A stretch of 64,000 nt of DNA from Candidatus Aminicenantaceae bacterium (GTDB lineage: Bacteria > Acidobacteriota > Aminicenantia > Aminicenantales > Aminicenantaceae), in the NCBI GenBank assembly GCA_041862375.1, contig JBGVTE010000126.1, positions 70,776 through 134,775 on the forward strand, written 5' to 3'. Shown here piece by piece: positions 10,325 to 19,790 of this stretch. The stretch's first letter is position 1, and each line of letters starts with the position of its first letter. The position numbers and the translations under genes were made by a program. Below the pieces are notes generated by a model. It searched no databases. It was not told the origin of the DNA and saw nothing but the letters and a program-made list of their open reading frames with translations.

Positions 10325-10807
10325 ATGATAGGCATAATGGCAGATTCTCATGACAATCTCTACAAGATTAAAAGGGCAGTCAAGCTCTTTAATGAAAATA
10401 TATGCAGTTTAGTCATCCATGCCGGGGACTTCATTGCCCCCTTTTCAGCAAGAGAGCTTCAAAGCTTGAACTGTCCTGTTAAAGGAGTTTTTGGTAATTG
10501 CGACGGAGAAAAAAAAGGCCTTGAGAAAGCCTTCCAGAACTTGGGAGAGATACAAGAAGCTCCCTTTACTTTCAAACACAATAATCTCAACTTCTTGACA
10601 ATTCACCTCAATCTACCCCTTGAATCTTATATCTCTTCTGGAAAGTATGAGGTTGTCATCTTCGCCCATACTCACAAGCCAGAAATACACAAAGAAAAAA
10701 ATACTCTCATTATTAACCCCGGAGAAATTGGGGGGTGGCTTTCTGGTAAAAGCACAGTGTCTCTTCTTGATACAAAAACTCTATCTGCAAAAATCTTAAC
10801 ATTATGA
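10325..10807 (+). CDS. YfcE/MJ0936-family metallophosphoesterase
   Basis: 160 aa with the motifs MADSHDN, HAGDF, GNCDGE and AHTHKPE. Confidence 0.7.
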   Translation: MIGIMADSHDNLYKIKRAVKLFNENICSLVIHAGDFIAPFSARELQSLNCPVKGVFGNCDGEKKGLEKAFQNLGEIQEAPFTFKHNNLNFLTIHLNLPLESYISSGKYEVVIFAHTHKPEIHKEKNTLIINPGEIGGWLSGKSTVSLLDTKTLSAKILTL

Positions 10808-11182
10808 AAATGACAATCTTATCGAAGCAACTATTTGACTCTCTATCCGCGTAGTGATATGGGTTAGCAAGAACTTATAGAAAAAAGATAAGAAATTGCG
10901 AAACAGACGAGAGAGAACATCAATTTGAGAGAGTCAGTCAAGAATTAAAAATGCCCCGAAGAATTGAAAGGCGCCAAAAACCGGCTTGGCAAAAATTGCG
11001 AAAGCCCCTTCCTCCACCAACAAGACCTCACTCTACAAAAAAGGGTAAGAAAGGATACTACAGGAAAGACAAGGGCTGGAAGAAAGAGACAGAAAAAGAC
11101 CTCGAAGGAAAATAGTAAAAAACACATCTTTGTATCCTCTCCAGCCTATAAGTCTCGCACTTTCTTTTACTCCTAGCCTGGA

Positions 11183-11211
11183 TTGCATATTTAAAATCCC
11201 TGTATTATACT
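11183..11211 (+). promoter_or_regulatory. Promoter of the cpgS-like/arcC/OTC operon (TTGCAT-17-TATACT)
   Basis: Hexamers at 11183-11188 and 11206-11211 sit directly upstream of the operon. Confidence 0.5.
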
Positions 11212-11256
11212 TTAGCTCTGATGAAAACTGTTAAAAGAAAAATCGGAGACAAAGCC

Positions 11257-12561
11257 ATGAAAAATGCCATCATAATGGGAGCTGCAGGAAGAGATTTCCA
11301 CAATTTTAATGTTTTTTTTAGAGACAATGAAGCATACCGGGTTATTGCCTTCACTGCCACTCAGATTCCTGATATCGAAGACAGAAAGTATCCTCCCATC
11401 CTTGCGGGAAAATTGTATCCAGATGGAATTCCGCTGTACCCCGAAGATGAGCTCGTAGCTCTCATAAAAGAATACGAAGTTCAGGAAGTCTACTTTTCTT
11501 ACAGTGATGTCTCGCATGAATACGTTATGCACAAAGCATCTGAGGTCTTAGCTGCTGGAGCAACATTTATTCTTCCCGGTCCTTATCAAACAATGCTTAA
11601 AAGCAAGCTTCCTGTGATCTCCTTCTGTGCAGTGAGGACTGGATGCGGGAAAAGTCAGACTACGAGAAAAGCTTCCTTAATCCTCAAAAAAAAGGGAAGA
11701 AAGGCAGTAGTCATTCGCCATCCCATGCCCTACGGAGATCTAGCGAAACAGAGATTACAGCGGTTTGCAACATATGAAGATTTGATTAAGCACGAATGTA
11801 CAATCGAAGAGCGAGAGGAGTACGAACCTCATATCAACAACGGAATCGTAGTCTACGCAGGTGTAGACTACAAGACTATCTTGGAAGAAACAGAAAAAGA
11901 AGCGGATATTATTCTCTGGGATGGAGGAAATAACGATTTTTCCTTCTTCTGCTCTGATTTAGAGATTGTTATCACTGATCCCCATCGTGCTGGCCACGAA
12001 CTTCTGTATCACCCAGGAGAAACTAACTTCAGACGAGCTCACGTTATTGTTATCAACAAGATAGGGACTGCTCAGAAAGAGAAAGTTGACCTTCTTGTCG
12101 AAAATATTAATAAAGTTAATCCTGAGGCAACGATCATCAGAGCCAATTCTCCTATCACTATCACTGATGAAGAAGAAATAGCAAACAAAAAGGTCCTTGT
12201 TGTCGAGGATGGCCCAACGCTTACTCACGGCGGAATGCCTTACGGAGCTGGCATAATTGCAGCTACCAAATACGGTGCTTCAGAAATTGTCGACCCTAGA
12301 CCAATTGCTGTTGGAAGCATTAAGGAAACATTCCAAAAATATGCTCACTTGGATAAAGTTCTCCCTGCCATGGGCTATGGAAAAGAACAGATTGCAGAGC
12401 TTGCTCAGACTATCAATAAGGCCGATTGCGACCTTATCATCAGTGCAACTCCAATAAATCTCAGTCTATTAATTGAAACAAACAAAAAAATCATTCATGT
12501 CCGCTATGATCTTGAAGAGATAGGCTCACCTAACCTTGAGGAGGTTCTCAAGGATTTCTGA
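11257..12561 (+). CDS. Cyclic 2,3-diphosphoglycerate synthetase-like P-loop protein (cpgS/GTPase-like family associated with carbamate kinase)
   Basis: Listed ORF 11221-12561. The internal ATG at 11257 has a GGAG RBS, and the -10 lies at 11206. It has a GAAGRDFHNFN N-terminus and a Walker-A-like RTGCGKSQ; family assignment is from memory, not a search. Confidence 0.55.
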   Translation: MKNAIIMGAAGRDFHNFNVFFRDNEAYRVIAFTATQIPDIEDRKYPPILAGKLYPDGIPLYPEDELVALIKEYEVQEVYFSYSDVSHEYVMHKASEVLAAGATFILPGPYQTMLKSKLPVISFCAVRTGCGKSQTTRKASLILKKKGRKAVVIRHPMPYGDLAKQRLQRFATYEDLIKHECTIEEREEYEPHINNGIVVYAGVDYKTILEETEKEADIILWDGGNNDFSFFCSDLEIVITDPHRAGHELLYHPGETNFRRAHVIVINKIGTAQKEKVDLLVENINKVNPEATIIRANSPITITDEEEIANKKVLVVEDGPTLTHGGMPYGAGIIAATKYGASEIVDPRPIAVGSIKETFQKYAHLDKVLPAMGYGKEQIAELAQTINKADCDLIISATPINLSLLIETNKKIIHVRYDLEEIGSPNLEEVLKDF

Positions 12562-13511
12562 TGAAAAGAAAGATTGCCCTCATAGCATTTGGCGGTAATG
12601 CCCTCCTTCCAGAAAACCAGCGTGGACTTCAAACAGAACAGATAAAAAATGCCAAAAAAGCAGCCAAGCTCATGGTTCATGTAGTGAAAAAGGGATACGA
12701 GTTAATAATAGTTCACGGTAATGGGCCTCAAGTAGGAAACCTTCTTATCCAGATGGAAGAATCTATCACCAAAATTCCTCCTTTTACTCTAGAAGTCTGT
12801 GATGCCATGACTGAAGGAAGTATGGGTTATATGTTAGAAAAAGAAGTTATAAACGAGCTCCGCAAAAAATCATTAGACAAAGAAGTGGCCACCCTCATCA
12901 CTCAAGTTGTTGTCGACAAGGAAGACCCTGCATTTGAAAACCCGACTAAGCCCGTTGGACCTTTCTATTCTAAATACAGAGCTCAAATGATTATTCGGGA
13001 GAAAAAATGGAACATGATCGAAGATGCTGGCCGTGGCTACCGCAGGGTAGTTCCCTCTCCTAAACCCATAGACATTGTTCCTAAGTGGGTCATCAGAGAC
13101 TTAGTGAGGGCCGGTAAGATTGTCATTGCTTCCGGAGGAGGAGGTATTCCAATAATCATCAACGGCCGCGGCCTTTTTCAAGGAGTGGAGGCTGTTATCG
13201 ATAAAGACTATGCAGCTAGCCTAATTGCTCAAGAGGTTAAAGCTGACCTCTTTATCATTCTAACTAACGTTGACCGAGTTTATCTAAACTACGAGAAGCC
13301 AAATAAAAAAGGAATCGCAGTAATGTCAGTCCAACGGGCTAAAAAATACCTAGCTCAAGGACAATTTCCTCCAGGCTCCATGGGACCAAAGATAACAGCA
13401 GCTATAGATTACTTGAATCGTGGGGGAAAAGAAGTTCTGATTACTTCATCAAACTACCTTAAAGCAGCCTTAATCAATCGGGCAGGAACAAAAATTAGGG
13501 ATGCCCTTTAA
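12561..13511 (+). CDS. arcC: Carbamate kinase
   Basis: 316 aa with IAFGGNAL, HGNGPQVG and an amino-acid-kinase fold. ATGA start/stop overlap with the upstream gene. Confidence 0.9.
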   Translation: MKRKIALIAFGGNALLPENQRGLQTEQIKNAKKAAKLMVHVVKKGYELIIVHGNGPQVGNLLIQMEESITKIPPFTLEVCDAMTEGSMGYMLEKEVINELRKKSLDKEVATLITQVVVDKEDPAFENPTKPVGPFYSKYRAQMIIREKKWNMIEDAGRGYRRVVPSPKPIDIVPKWVIRDLVRAGKIVIASGGGGIPIIINGRGLFQGVEAVIDKDYAASLIAQEVKADLFIILTNVDRVYLNYEKPNKKGIAVMSVQRAKKYLAQGQFPPGSMGPKITAAIDYLNRGGKEVLITSSNYLKAALINRAGTKIRDAL

Positions 13512-14449
13512 TGGAGAGAAAGATGCTTGATGATTTTATTTCTATCCACGACTTGAGCCTCTATGAATTCAACCGAATTCTAGAATTGTCTAGAGAAATA
13601 AAAGAACATCCTGAGCGCTTTAAAAAGAAACTAAAGAAAAAAATATTGGCAATGATTTTCGAAAAACCATCCTTGAGGACAAGAGTGACTTTCGAATTAG
13701 GAATGTTTCAGTTGGGGGGAGAATCTTTTTACCTAGGTCCCTCTGAGATCCAGTTAGGAAAGCGCGAAAGTCCTTACGATGTGGCCAAAAATTTGGAGCG
13801 ATGGGCGGTGGATGGAATCGTGATAAGAACCTTTGTCAACCAGAATGTGCTCGATGTCGCCCTAAACACACGTATTCCTGTTATAAATGGATTAACAGAC
13901 CTTCTCCATCCCTGCCAAGCCATAGCCGACTTCTTCACCTTGCAGGAGAAAAGGCGAGATTTAACGAATCTAAAATTAGCCTTTCTTGGAGACGGCAATA
14001 ATGTCTGTCACAGCCTTCTCTTTGCTGCAGCAAAAGCAGGAGCTCACATGGCTGTAGCAACTCCAGCCGGCTATGAGCCCAGAAAGGAAATTTTAAAGCA
14101 AGCTGAAGAAGATGGAAAGGCAACAGACGCTACCTTCACCGTCGTTGATAATCCTGAGGATGCTGTTAGAGAAGCAGATGCTGTTTACACAGATGTTTGG
14201 GCTTCAATGGGTCAAGAAGAGGAAAAAGAAAAGAGAGCTAAAATCTTCTCACCTTTTCAAGTTAATGAAAACCTCATGGCTAAGGCTAAGCCTGATGCAT
14301 TTTTCATGCATTGCCTCCCCGCCCATAGAGGAGAAGAAGTTACCGATAAGATTATAGATTCCCCTCAATCCATCGTTTTTGATCAGGCAGAAAATAGACT
14401 TCATGTACAAAAAGCAATTATGCTATTATTAATGGGTAAAAAAGGATAA
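13511..14449 (+). CDS. argF: Ornithine carbamoyltransferase
   Basis: 312 aa with SLRTRVTFE, HPCQAIAD, the OTC-specific DVWASMG loop and HCLPAHRGEE. Confidence 0.9.
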   Translation: MERKMLDDFISIHDLSLYEFNRILELSREIKEHPERFKKKLKKKILAMIFEKPSLRTRVTFELGMFQLGGESFYLGPSEIQLGKRESPYDVAKNLERWAVDGIVIRTFVNQNVLDVALNTRIPVINGLTDLLHPCQAIADFFTLQEKRRDLTNLKLAFLGDGNNVCHSLLFAAAKAGAHMAVATPAGYEPRKEILKQAEEDGKATDATFTVVDNPEDAVREADAVYTDVWASMGQEEEKEKRAKIFSPFQVNENLMAKAKPDAFFMHCLPAHRGEEVTDKIIDSPQSIVFDQAENRLHVQKAIMLLLMGKKG

Positions 14450-14451
14450 AA

Positions 14452-16500
14452 ATGGATATTGAAAAAACGCCTACTAATGTTACTGAAAAAGATATTGATT
14501 TCTTAGAACAAAATCTGAAAAAATCATCTCGCCCTATCCTCCTTACTGATTTGGCAAAAACTCTCATCTTCCACAAAAGTGCCGCTCAGCTTCGCCAAGA
14601 AGTAAAAAAATATGACCCTTACTGTTTGTATGAAATCAATGATTTGATTTACAAAGAATACAATGAATCCCTGACAGTAAGCAGCAAAGGAGTGGAGCAC
14701 TTCAAAGGAGCTGTTATTTTAAAGGTGATAAATAAAGTGAATTATGAAAATTTCAACTGTGAGGTGTTGGAAGTGGATTATTCAGGAGGAGGAATTTTCC
14801 GCAAATACATAGATTATATGAAGAAAACCAAAACCCAAGTTTTACTTCCCAGCAATCTCGAAGGAAAAACCAATATTCCTGAAAAAATGAAAAAGCAGGA
14901 AGATCCAAGGCTCAACCAACTCCCCATGACAGATAGAGATTTTAAAACATTAGAGAAAAAACTAAGAACGGCTCTATCAAAATCAACAACATTCTTCAAC
15001 TGGAATGAGTACTGGCAACTTGTTAAAAATCAAGTTGAAATTAGCGAGGAAAAAATAGAAAAAATTAAAAACTTCATTTTAGAAACAAAAGAATCAATTG
15101 AAACAGCTTTTGGAGTAAAAAAATTTTGGGGTCTAGATGAATCAGATGATCTCTTTGCAATGTACTGTCTTAGTTTAAACCATGCTCTTGAAAAAAAGCA
15201 CAAAAAGGACTTTGTCTATGTCTCTCCTCTTGGCTGGGGTAAATGGCATCTAAAGAAAATCCTTGAATCGTCTCTCAATGATCTGCCTATTTCTGCTGCT
15301 TCAGTTAAACTCCCCCTTATTGAGAAAGAGGAAAAACGACAAAGAGCACAGATGCAGACTTCTTCAATAAAAGTTTATCTGAGCTGGCGTGAAATACTCT
15401 CTGGTGGCATAAAAATTTCGAAAGCACTCAACAAAGAACTCTCATCCTGTAGAGAGTATATCTTCATTGACGTTGAAGAGGAGAAAGAATACACCTTTTA
15501 TTTCTATCCCTCCCATGGTTTTTTTCTAGGCTTAAAAGACTTTTATATACAAAACAACGTTCCTCAAGGAGCAAGCTTAACTCTTGAAAAAAAAGGGATC
15601 AATACCTTCTCTTTCTGGCTAAAAAAATCAAAAAAGAAGCTTTCTGTTTTCAAAGTGACGTATGATCCAAAAGAAGACAAGTTTCGTGACACCGGCGAAG
15701 AGCTCTTCACTTTTGCTCTTCCTAACAAAATTATTCACTTGGAAAAAGAAACATTTGCCCGACTTTATTCTTTATATTCTTTAAGAAATGATTTGAATTT
15801 AAGAGAACTCTTAATCCACATTTTTAAGAATTTTGGCGTTGAAGCTGAAAACTTTTCCCTTCATTACCTAAGAGCGTACCATTTAGTTGATGTCTTAAAA
15901 CTAACTTCATTGGAAGATGTTGAACAGACGCTCATCAATTCACCTGAATTTATAAAATCAGATAAAAAGAAAGGGTTCTTTTCCCTCCTTGAAAAAAGGG
16001 AGGTCGAAGAAGAAGCAGTGCCTGAAGCTCTAGGGGAAGTACAGCCAGAAGCATCTCCTGAAGAAGAAGTCCCCAGCGAAATATTACATAAGGAAATTCC
16101 CACTGAAGAAATTCCTTTAGTAACCCAGGAAATTGAAAAAGAAGAAAAACTCCCTGAAATCCAAGAAGTGGAAGTCGAAAGAGAGGCAGTAGGAGAAAAA
16201 CCTCCTAAAAAAATTAAAATTCAAAAGAGAAAAAAACTAAAAATGGAAGGAGAAGTAGCCCCTCGCCTTAGAAAGAGAGAGAAAAGATTCATTGAAGAAA
16301 AAATAGAAATTGAAGAATTGGAACAAGAGGCTATAACAGCAATTAAAGAAAAAAAAGAAGAAGAAAGAGATGAAGTGCGGGCTAAGGAAAAAAAGGAAGA
16401 ATTTGAGAAGCCTTTAGCTCAAGAAGAGCCAGTCTTCGGCCTTTTTGCAGAAAAACTAAAATCAGCGTTAGATAAAAAAAAGAAAGAGAAGAAGAAATAA
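14452..16500 (+). CDS. Hypothetical protein, 682 aa, with an E/K/P-rich low-complexity C-terminal tail
   Basis: Starts 2 nt after the OTC stop (operonic). I recognise no domain. The last ~170 aa are (E/K/P/V/I)-rich quasi-repeats (EEIPLVTQEIEKEEKLPEIQEVEVE...). Confidence 0.6.
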   Translation: MDIEKTPTNVTEKDIDFLEQNLKKSSRPILLTDLAKTLIFHKSAAQLRQEVKKYDPYCLYEINDLIYKEYNESLTVSSKGVEHFKGAVILKVINKVNYENFNCEVLEVDYSGGGIFRKYIDYMKKTKTQVLLPSNLEGKTNIPEKMKKQEDPRLNQLPMTDRDFKTLEKKLRTALSKSTTFFNWNEYWQLVKNQVEISEEKIEKIKNFILETKESIETAFGVKKFWGLDESDDLFAMYCLSLNHALEKKHKKDFVYVSPLGWGKWHLKKILESSLNDLPISAASVKLPLIEKEEKRQRAQMQTSSIKVYLSWREILSGGIKISKALNKELSSCREYIFIDVEEEKEYTFYFYPSHGFFLGLKDFYIQNNVPQGASLTLEKKGINTFSFWLKKSKKKLSVFKVTYDPKEDKFRDTGEELFTFALPNKIIHLEKETFARLYSLYSLRNDLNLRELLIHIFKNFGVEAENFSLHYLRAYHLVDVLKLTSLEDVEQTLINSPEFIKSDKKKGFFSLLEKREVEEEAVPEALGEVQPEASPEEEVPSEILHKEIPTEEIPLVTQEIEKEEKLPEIQEVEVEREAVGEKPPKKIKIQKRKKLKMEGEVAPRLRKREKRFIEEKIEIEELEQEAITAIKEKKEEERDEVRAKEKKEEFEKPLAQEEPVFGLFAEKLKSALDKKKKEKKK

Positions 16501-16504
16501 AATA

Positions 16505-17593
16505 TCACAATATTTCTCGCCTTGAAGGACTTTTTCTTCGAGTTACTCCCATCTGATCTAGCAATTCTAAAAGAGGGATAGCATACTTCCGGGTCAATCC
16601 TGTCATCCTTTTAAAATCATAGACTGTTAATTCTTTTGTGGCAGACTCCTTGAGCTTTGAAATTACTCCATTTAACCAGCTGGAGTGAAGAAAAAAACCA
16701 TTTTTCCCCTTGACTATTTTTTCCCTCTCAATGAGAACAGAAAGCATCATATGCAGCTTTTTTGAAGAAAGATGAAATCTTTGTTGGAAATTCTCTAAAG
16801 AAACAGAACGGTATTCTCCTTTAAAACACAAATCCTCAAGCTCCTGGAGAATATTCTCTTCCTCTGGAGTGAGAGTTATCCTAAAAGACAAAAGAGCAAC
16901 CAAATTGTCCACTTCTCTAATCAGGCCTTGCTTTTCAAGATTTTTTAATGACAGGACAAGAATTTTATGGTGAAGCTCAAATCTTTTTTTGATTCTCTCT
17001 TTAGACAATCCTTTCTCTTTTGAATGCTTCCTGTGAAATTGTTTAAGATAGGCAACAATCTTATTAGAAAGGAAATCAAGGCTTTTCTGGGAGATAAGAA
17101 AGAGAGGTGAAAACGAAATGATTCTTATTTTTCCTTCCACCTCTAATTCTTCAAAGAGCTTCCTGAGAAAATTTTTAGATAGGTTGCAAAATTCATTAAT
17201 CTCCCTCTCCATCAAACCATAAATCCCTTTCTCTTGAGCTAGAGCAAGGAGCATCTCCCTTTCCCCCTCGCGAAGGGTTTGAAGAAACCGAATCCTTTCT
17301 GTTATTTTCTTGCCCTCTATTTTTAAGGAATTAGGACTGAGAATAACTCCTCTACCTAGCGTCTCTCCGCTTTTAAATTCCTCAACATCGAAGGTATCCC
17401 TCCATTTCACATAGAGAGCCTGTCTAGGACAGACACGGACAAAGAACTCACTCCCCACTGCCTCTCTCGCGTTTACAAAAAACTCAAGCGAGGCCCTCAC
17501 TTTCTTCTTTTTCACACGAAGAAAAACATCAGATAACTGGCCTAAACTGCGAGGAGAAAAATCAACCACAGCGTCAAAACATCTTATCTTCAT
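16505..17593 (-). CDS. SelB C-terminal-like protein (EF-Tu domain-3-like beta-barrel + winged-helix domains), no GTPase domain
   Basis: 362 aa. The N-terminus carries GETLGRGVIL, like the domain-III end of EF-Tu/SelB. The C-terminus ...TGLTRKYAIPLLELLDQMGVTRRKSPSRREIL matches the SelB terminal winged helix. Its ATG overlaps the rnr stop (ATGA). Confidence 0.55.
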   Translation of the reverse strand: MKIRCFDAVVDFSPRSLGQLSDVFLRVKKKKVRASLEFFVNAREAVGSEFFVRVCPRQALYVKWRDTFDVEEFKSGETLGRGVILSPNSLKIEGKKITERIRFLQTLREGEREMLLALAQEKGIYGLMEREINEFCNLSKNFLRKLFEELEVEGKIRIISFSPLFLISQKSLDFLSNKIVAYLKQFHRKHSKEKGLSKERIKKRFELHHKILVLSLKNLEKQGLIREVDNLVALLSFRITLTPEEENILQELEDLCFKGEYRSVSLENFQQRFHLSSKKLHMMLSVLIEREKIVKGKNGFFLHSSWLNGVISKLKESATKELTVYDFKRMTGLTRKYAIPLLELLDQMGVTRRKSPSRREIL

Positions 17594-19659
17594 TAGCCCT
17601 CTCTCTCATCCATCTCTTGACTCAAAGATAAACCAATTCTCCTAAGGAGAGGATCTACAGAGGCCAAAATAACCTTTACTCTGTCTCCTAACTCAAATTT
17701 ATTTCCTTTTCCTTTTCCAACCAGAGTCTTTCCTGATTTCCTGTAATAAAAATCACCTTTTAAATCGCTATAAGGAATAACACCGTCAACAAAATAATTG
17801 TCAAGTTCCACTATCATTCCAGCCTTTGAAATCCCTACTATCATTCCTTCGAGCTCTTCTCCGAGCTTACCTCTGAGAAACCTCAAAATGCGCCACTCTA
17901 CCAATTTCCTTTCAGCTGCTTCTGCTTCTCTCTCTTGCTGACTACAGTGTAGAGCAATCCTGTTAAGGTTCGGCATTTTTACCTTTTCTCCTCTTACAGC
18001 CCTCTTTAAAATTCGATGGACAACTAAATCTGGATAACGCCGAATAGGAGAAGTAAAATGGGTGTATTCTCTTTTTGCTAATCCATAATGTTTTTCTTTT
18101 TCATTGGAGTAAACAGCTAGTTTTAATGACCTCAATACCTGCAAAATAATAAATTTCTTTTCAGGCTTTTCTTCAGCCGCCTGTAAGGCTCGCTGTAAAT
18201 CCTTTGATTCCACTTTCTTTGGATGAGGTAAAGAAATCCCAAAGTGGGCCAGAATCGTGTGGAGTCTCTCTAAATCTGATAAAGATGGGCGTGGATGGAC
18301 TCGGTATATCGAGGAAATATTCTTTTGACTTATGTAAAAAGCAACAGCCTCATTCGCTGCAACCATAAATTCTTCAATTATCTTATGCGCCTCATTCGGT
18401 TCGAAAGGCTCTACAGAATACAGTTTTCCCTCTTTATAAACGAGCTCTGGTTCGACAAGGTCAAAATCTAAACTTCCCTCTGTACTCCTTTTCTCTCTCA
18501 GAATATAAGCCAGCTCCTTCATCAGTAACAAGTCCGGAACAAGATGAGTGTACTTTTGCTTTTCTCTTTCATCCCCTTGAAATATTCTATAAACAGAATC
18601 ATACGTTAGCCTCTCTTCTGTTTGAATCAGGGAAGGATGAAACTCAACTTTGAATACTTTGCCTTTTTCGTCTATTTCCAGGACAACAGAGAATGTAAGT
18701 CTCGCTTTCTTGAGCTGAAGACTGCATACATTATTTGAAAGTGCTTCAGGAAGCATAGGCAGTGTCAAGCCAGGAAAATAAACGCTGTTCCCTCTCATTA
18801 AAGCTTCCTTATCCAGCTGGGAGCCAGGCATGATATAATGGGAGACATCAGCTATGTGAACTCCCAAGAGAAAACATCCCCCATCCAGCCTTTTTACACT
18901 TACTGCATCGTCAAAATCTTGAGCATTTATTCCGTCAATAGTAACTGTTCTCCAACTTCGATAATCCACTCTTCCTGCTATCTCTTGAGGACTAATCTCA
19001 GGGGAAATATCCCTAGCTTCATCTAAGGCTTCTTCTGAAAAAGAAGTCACAAGGTTGTGCTCTTGAATGACAACGCTCGTATCAACTCCTGGCTCATCAG
19101 GCATTCCGAATATTCCTGAAACTTGCATGCTTTTCCTATCTACTTCCACAATCATCCCAGGAATAGGAGAAAAAGATCCCTTTGATGCTATGGGTACTTC
19201 CTGAGTTTGAGGCGTCTCAAGTGGAAGGAAAAATGACTGCCCGAAGCGTTCCCTATAAAGCCCGATAATTTTCTGTTTGACTTTCTCTAATATTCTTAGT
19301 ACTCGGCCTTCTGGTGTGCCTCTCTTGCCGCTTTCCCTGTAAAGAACTTCTACAAAGTCTCCATGAAGAGCTCCTCCTGTGCAGCGGGCAGGAATAAAAA
19401 TATCTTCAAGACTGTCTTCAGTACTGACAAAGCCATAACCTCCACAAGCCGAGATAAATTTTCCTTTGATAACATTCGATTTCTTTGGAACAAAATACCG
19501 GCCTTTATATTTTCGAAGGATTCCCTTTCCTTCCAATATCTTCAGTCTCTTTCTTAGCTCCAGCCTCTGTTTTGAAGAAAGCCCCAGCTCCTTAAGAATC
19601 TTGTGAATCGTAAAGCTATCCTGACTTCTTCTTAATAAAGAAATGATTTGATTGTCCAT
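17593..19659 (-). CDS. rnr: Ribonuclease R
   Basis: 688 aa with an N-terminal HTH/OB, an RNB catalytic domain (DFDDAVSV, HYTHFTSPIRRYPDL) and a C-terminal S1. Confidence 0.9.
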   Translation of the reverse strand: MDNQIISLLRRSQDSFTIHKILKELGLSSKQRLELRKRLKILEGKGILRKYKGRYFVPKKSNVIKGKFISACGGYGFVSTEDSLEDIFIPARCTGGALHGDFVEVLYRESGKRGTPEGRVLRILEKVKQKIIGLYRERFGQSFFLPLETPQTQEVPIASKGSFSPIPGMIVEVDRKSMQVSGIFGMPDEPGVDTSVVIQEHNLVTSFSEEALDEARDISPEISPQEIAGRVDYRSWRTVTIDGINAQDFDDAVSVKRLDGGCFLLGVHIADVSHYIMPGSQLDKEALMRGNSVYFPGLTLPMLPEALSNNVCSLQLKKARLTFSVVLEIDEKGKVFKVEFHPSLIQTEERLTYDSVYRIFQGDEREKQKYTHLVPDLLLMKELAYILREKRSTEGSLDFDLVEPELVYKEGKLYSVEPFEPNEAHKIIEEFMVAANEAVAFYISQKNISSIYRVHPRPSLSDLERLHTILAHFGISLPHPKKVESKDLQRALQAAEEKPEKKFIILQVLRSLKLAVYSNEKEKHYGLAKREYTHFTSPIRRYPDLVVHRILKRAVRGEKVKMPNLNRIALHCSQQEREAEAAERKLVEWRILRFLRGKLGEELEGMIVGISKAGMIVELDNYFVDGVIPYSDLKGDFYYRKSGKTLVGKGKGNKFELGDRVKVILASVDPLLRRIGLSLSQEMDEREG

Positions 19660-19790
19660 TTCTTCCCTTTAAATCAGCAACTCCTTTCAGAATCAGAGGG
19701 AAATCGGCATGTATCTATTCGTCTATCCGACAGCTCTTCATTCATCGAAGACTCACTTCTGCTCTCTCGTAGAATTAGAGATGTTTACTA

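Noticed and set aside
10954-11121. 55-aa very basic ORF (MPRRIERRQKPAWQKLRK...GKKGYYRKDKGWKK) in the 400-bp gap before the cpgS-like operon
   Set aside because: No Shine-Dalgarno sequence, low complexity and no recognisable family. The region is more likely promoter and leader sequence. The listed overlapping ORFs 10945-11127(-) and 10964-11176(+) are treated the same way.
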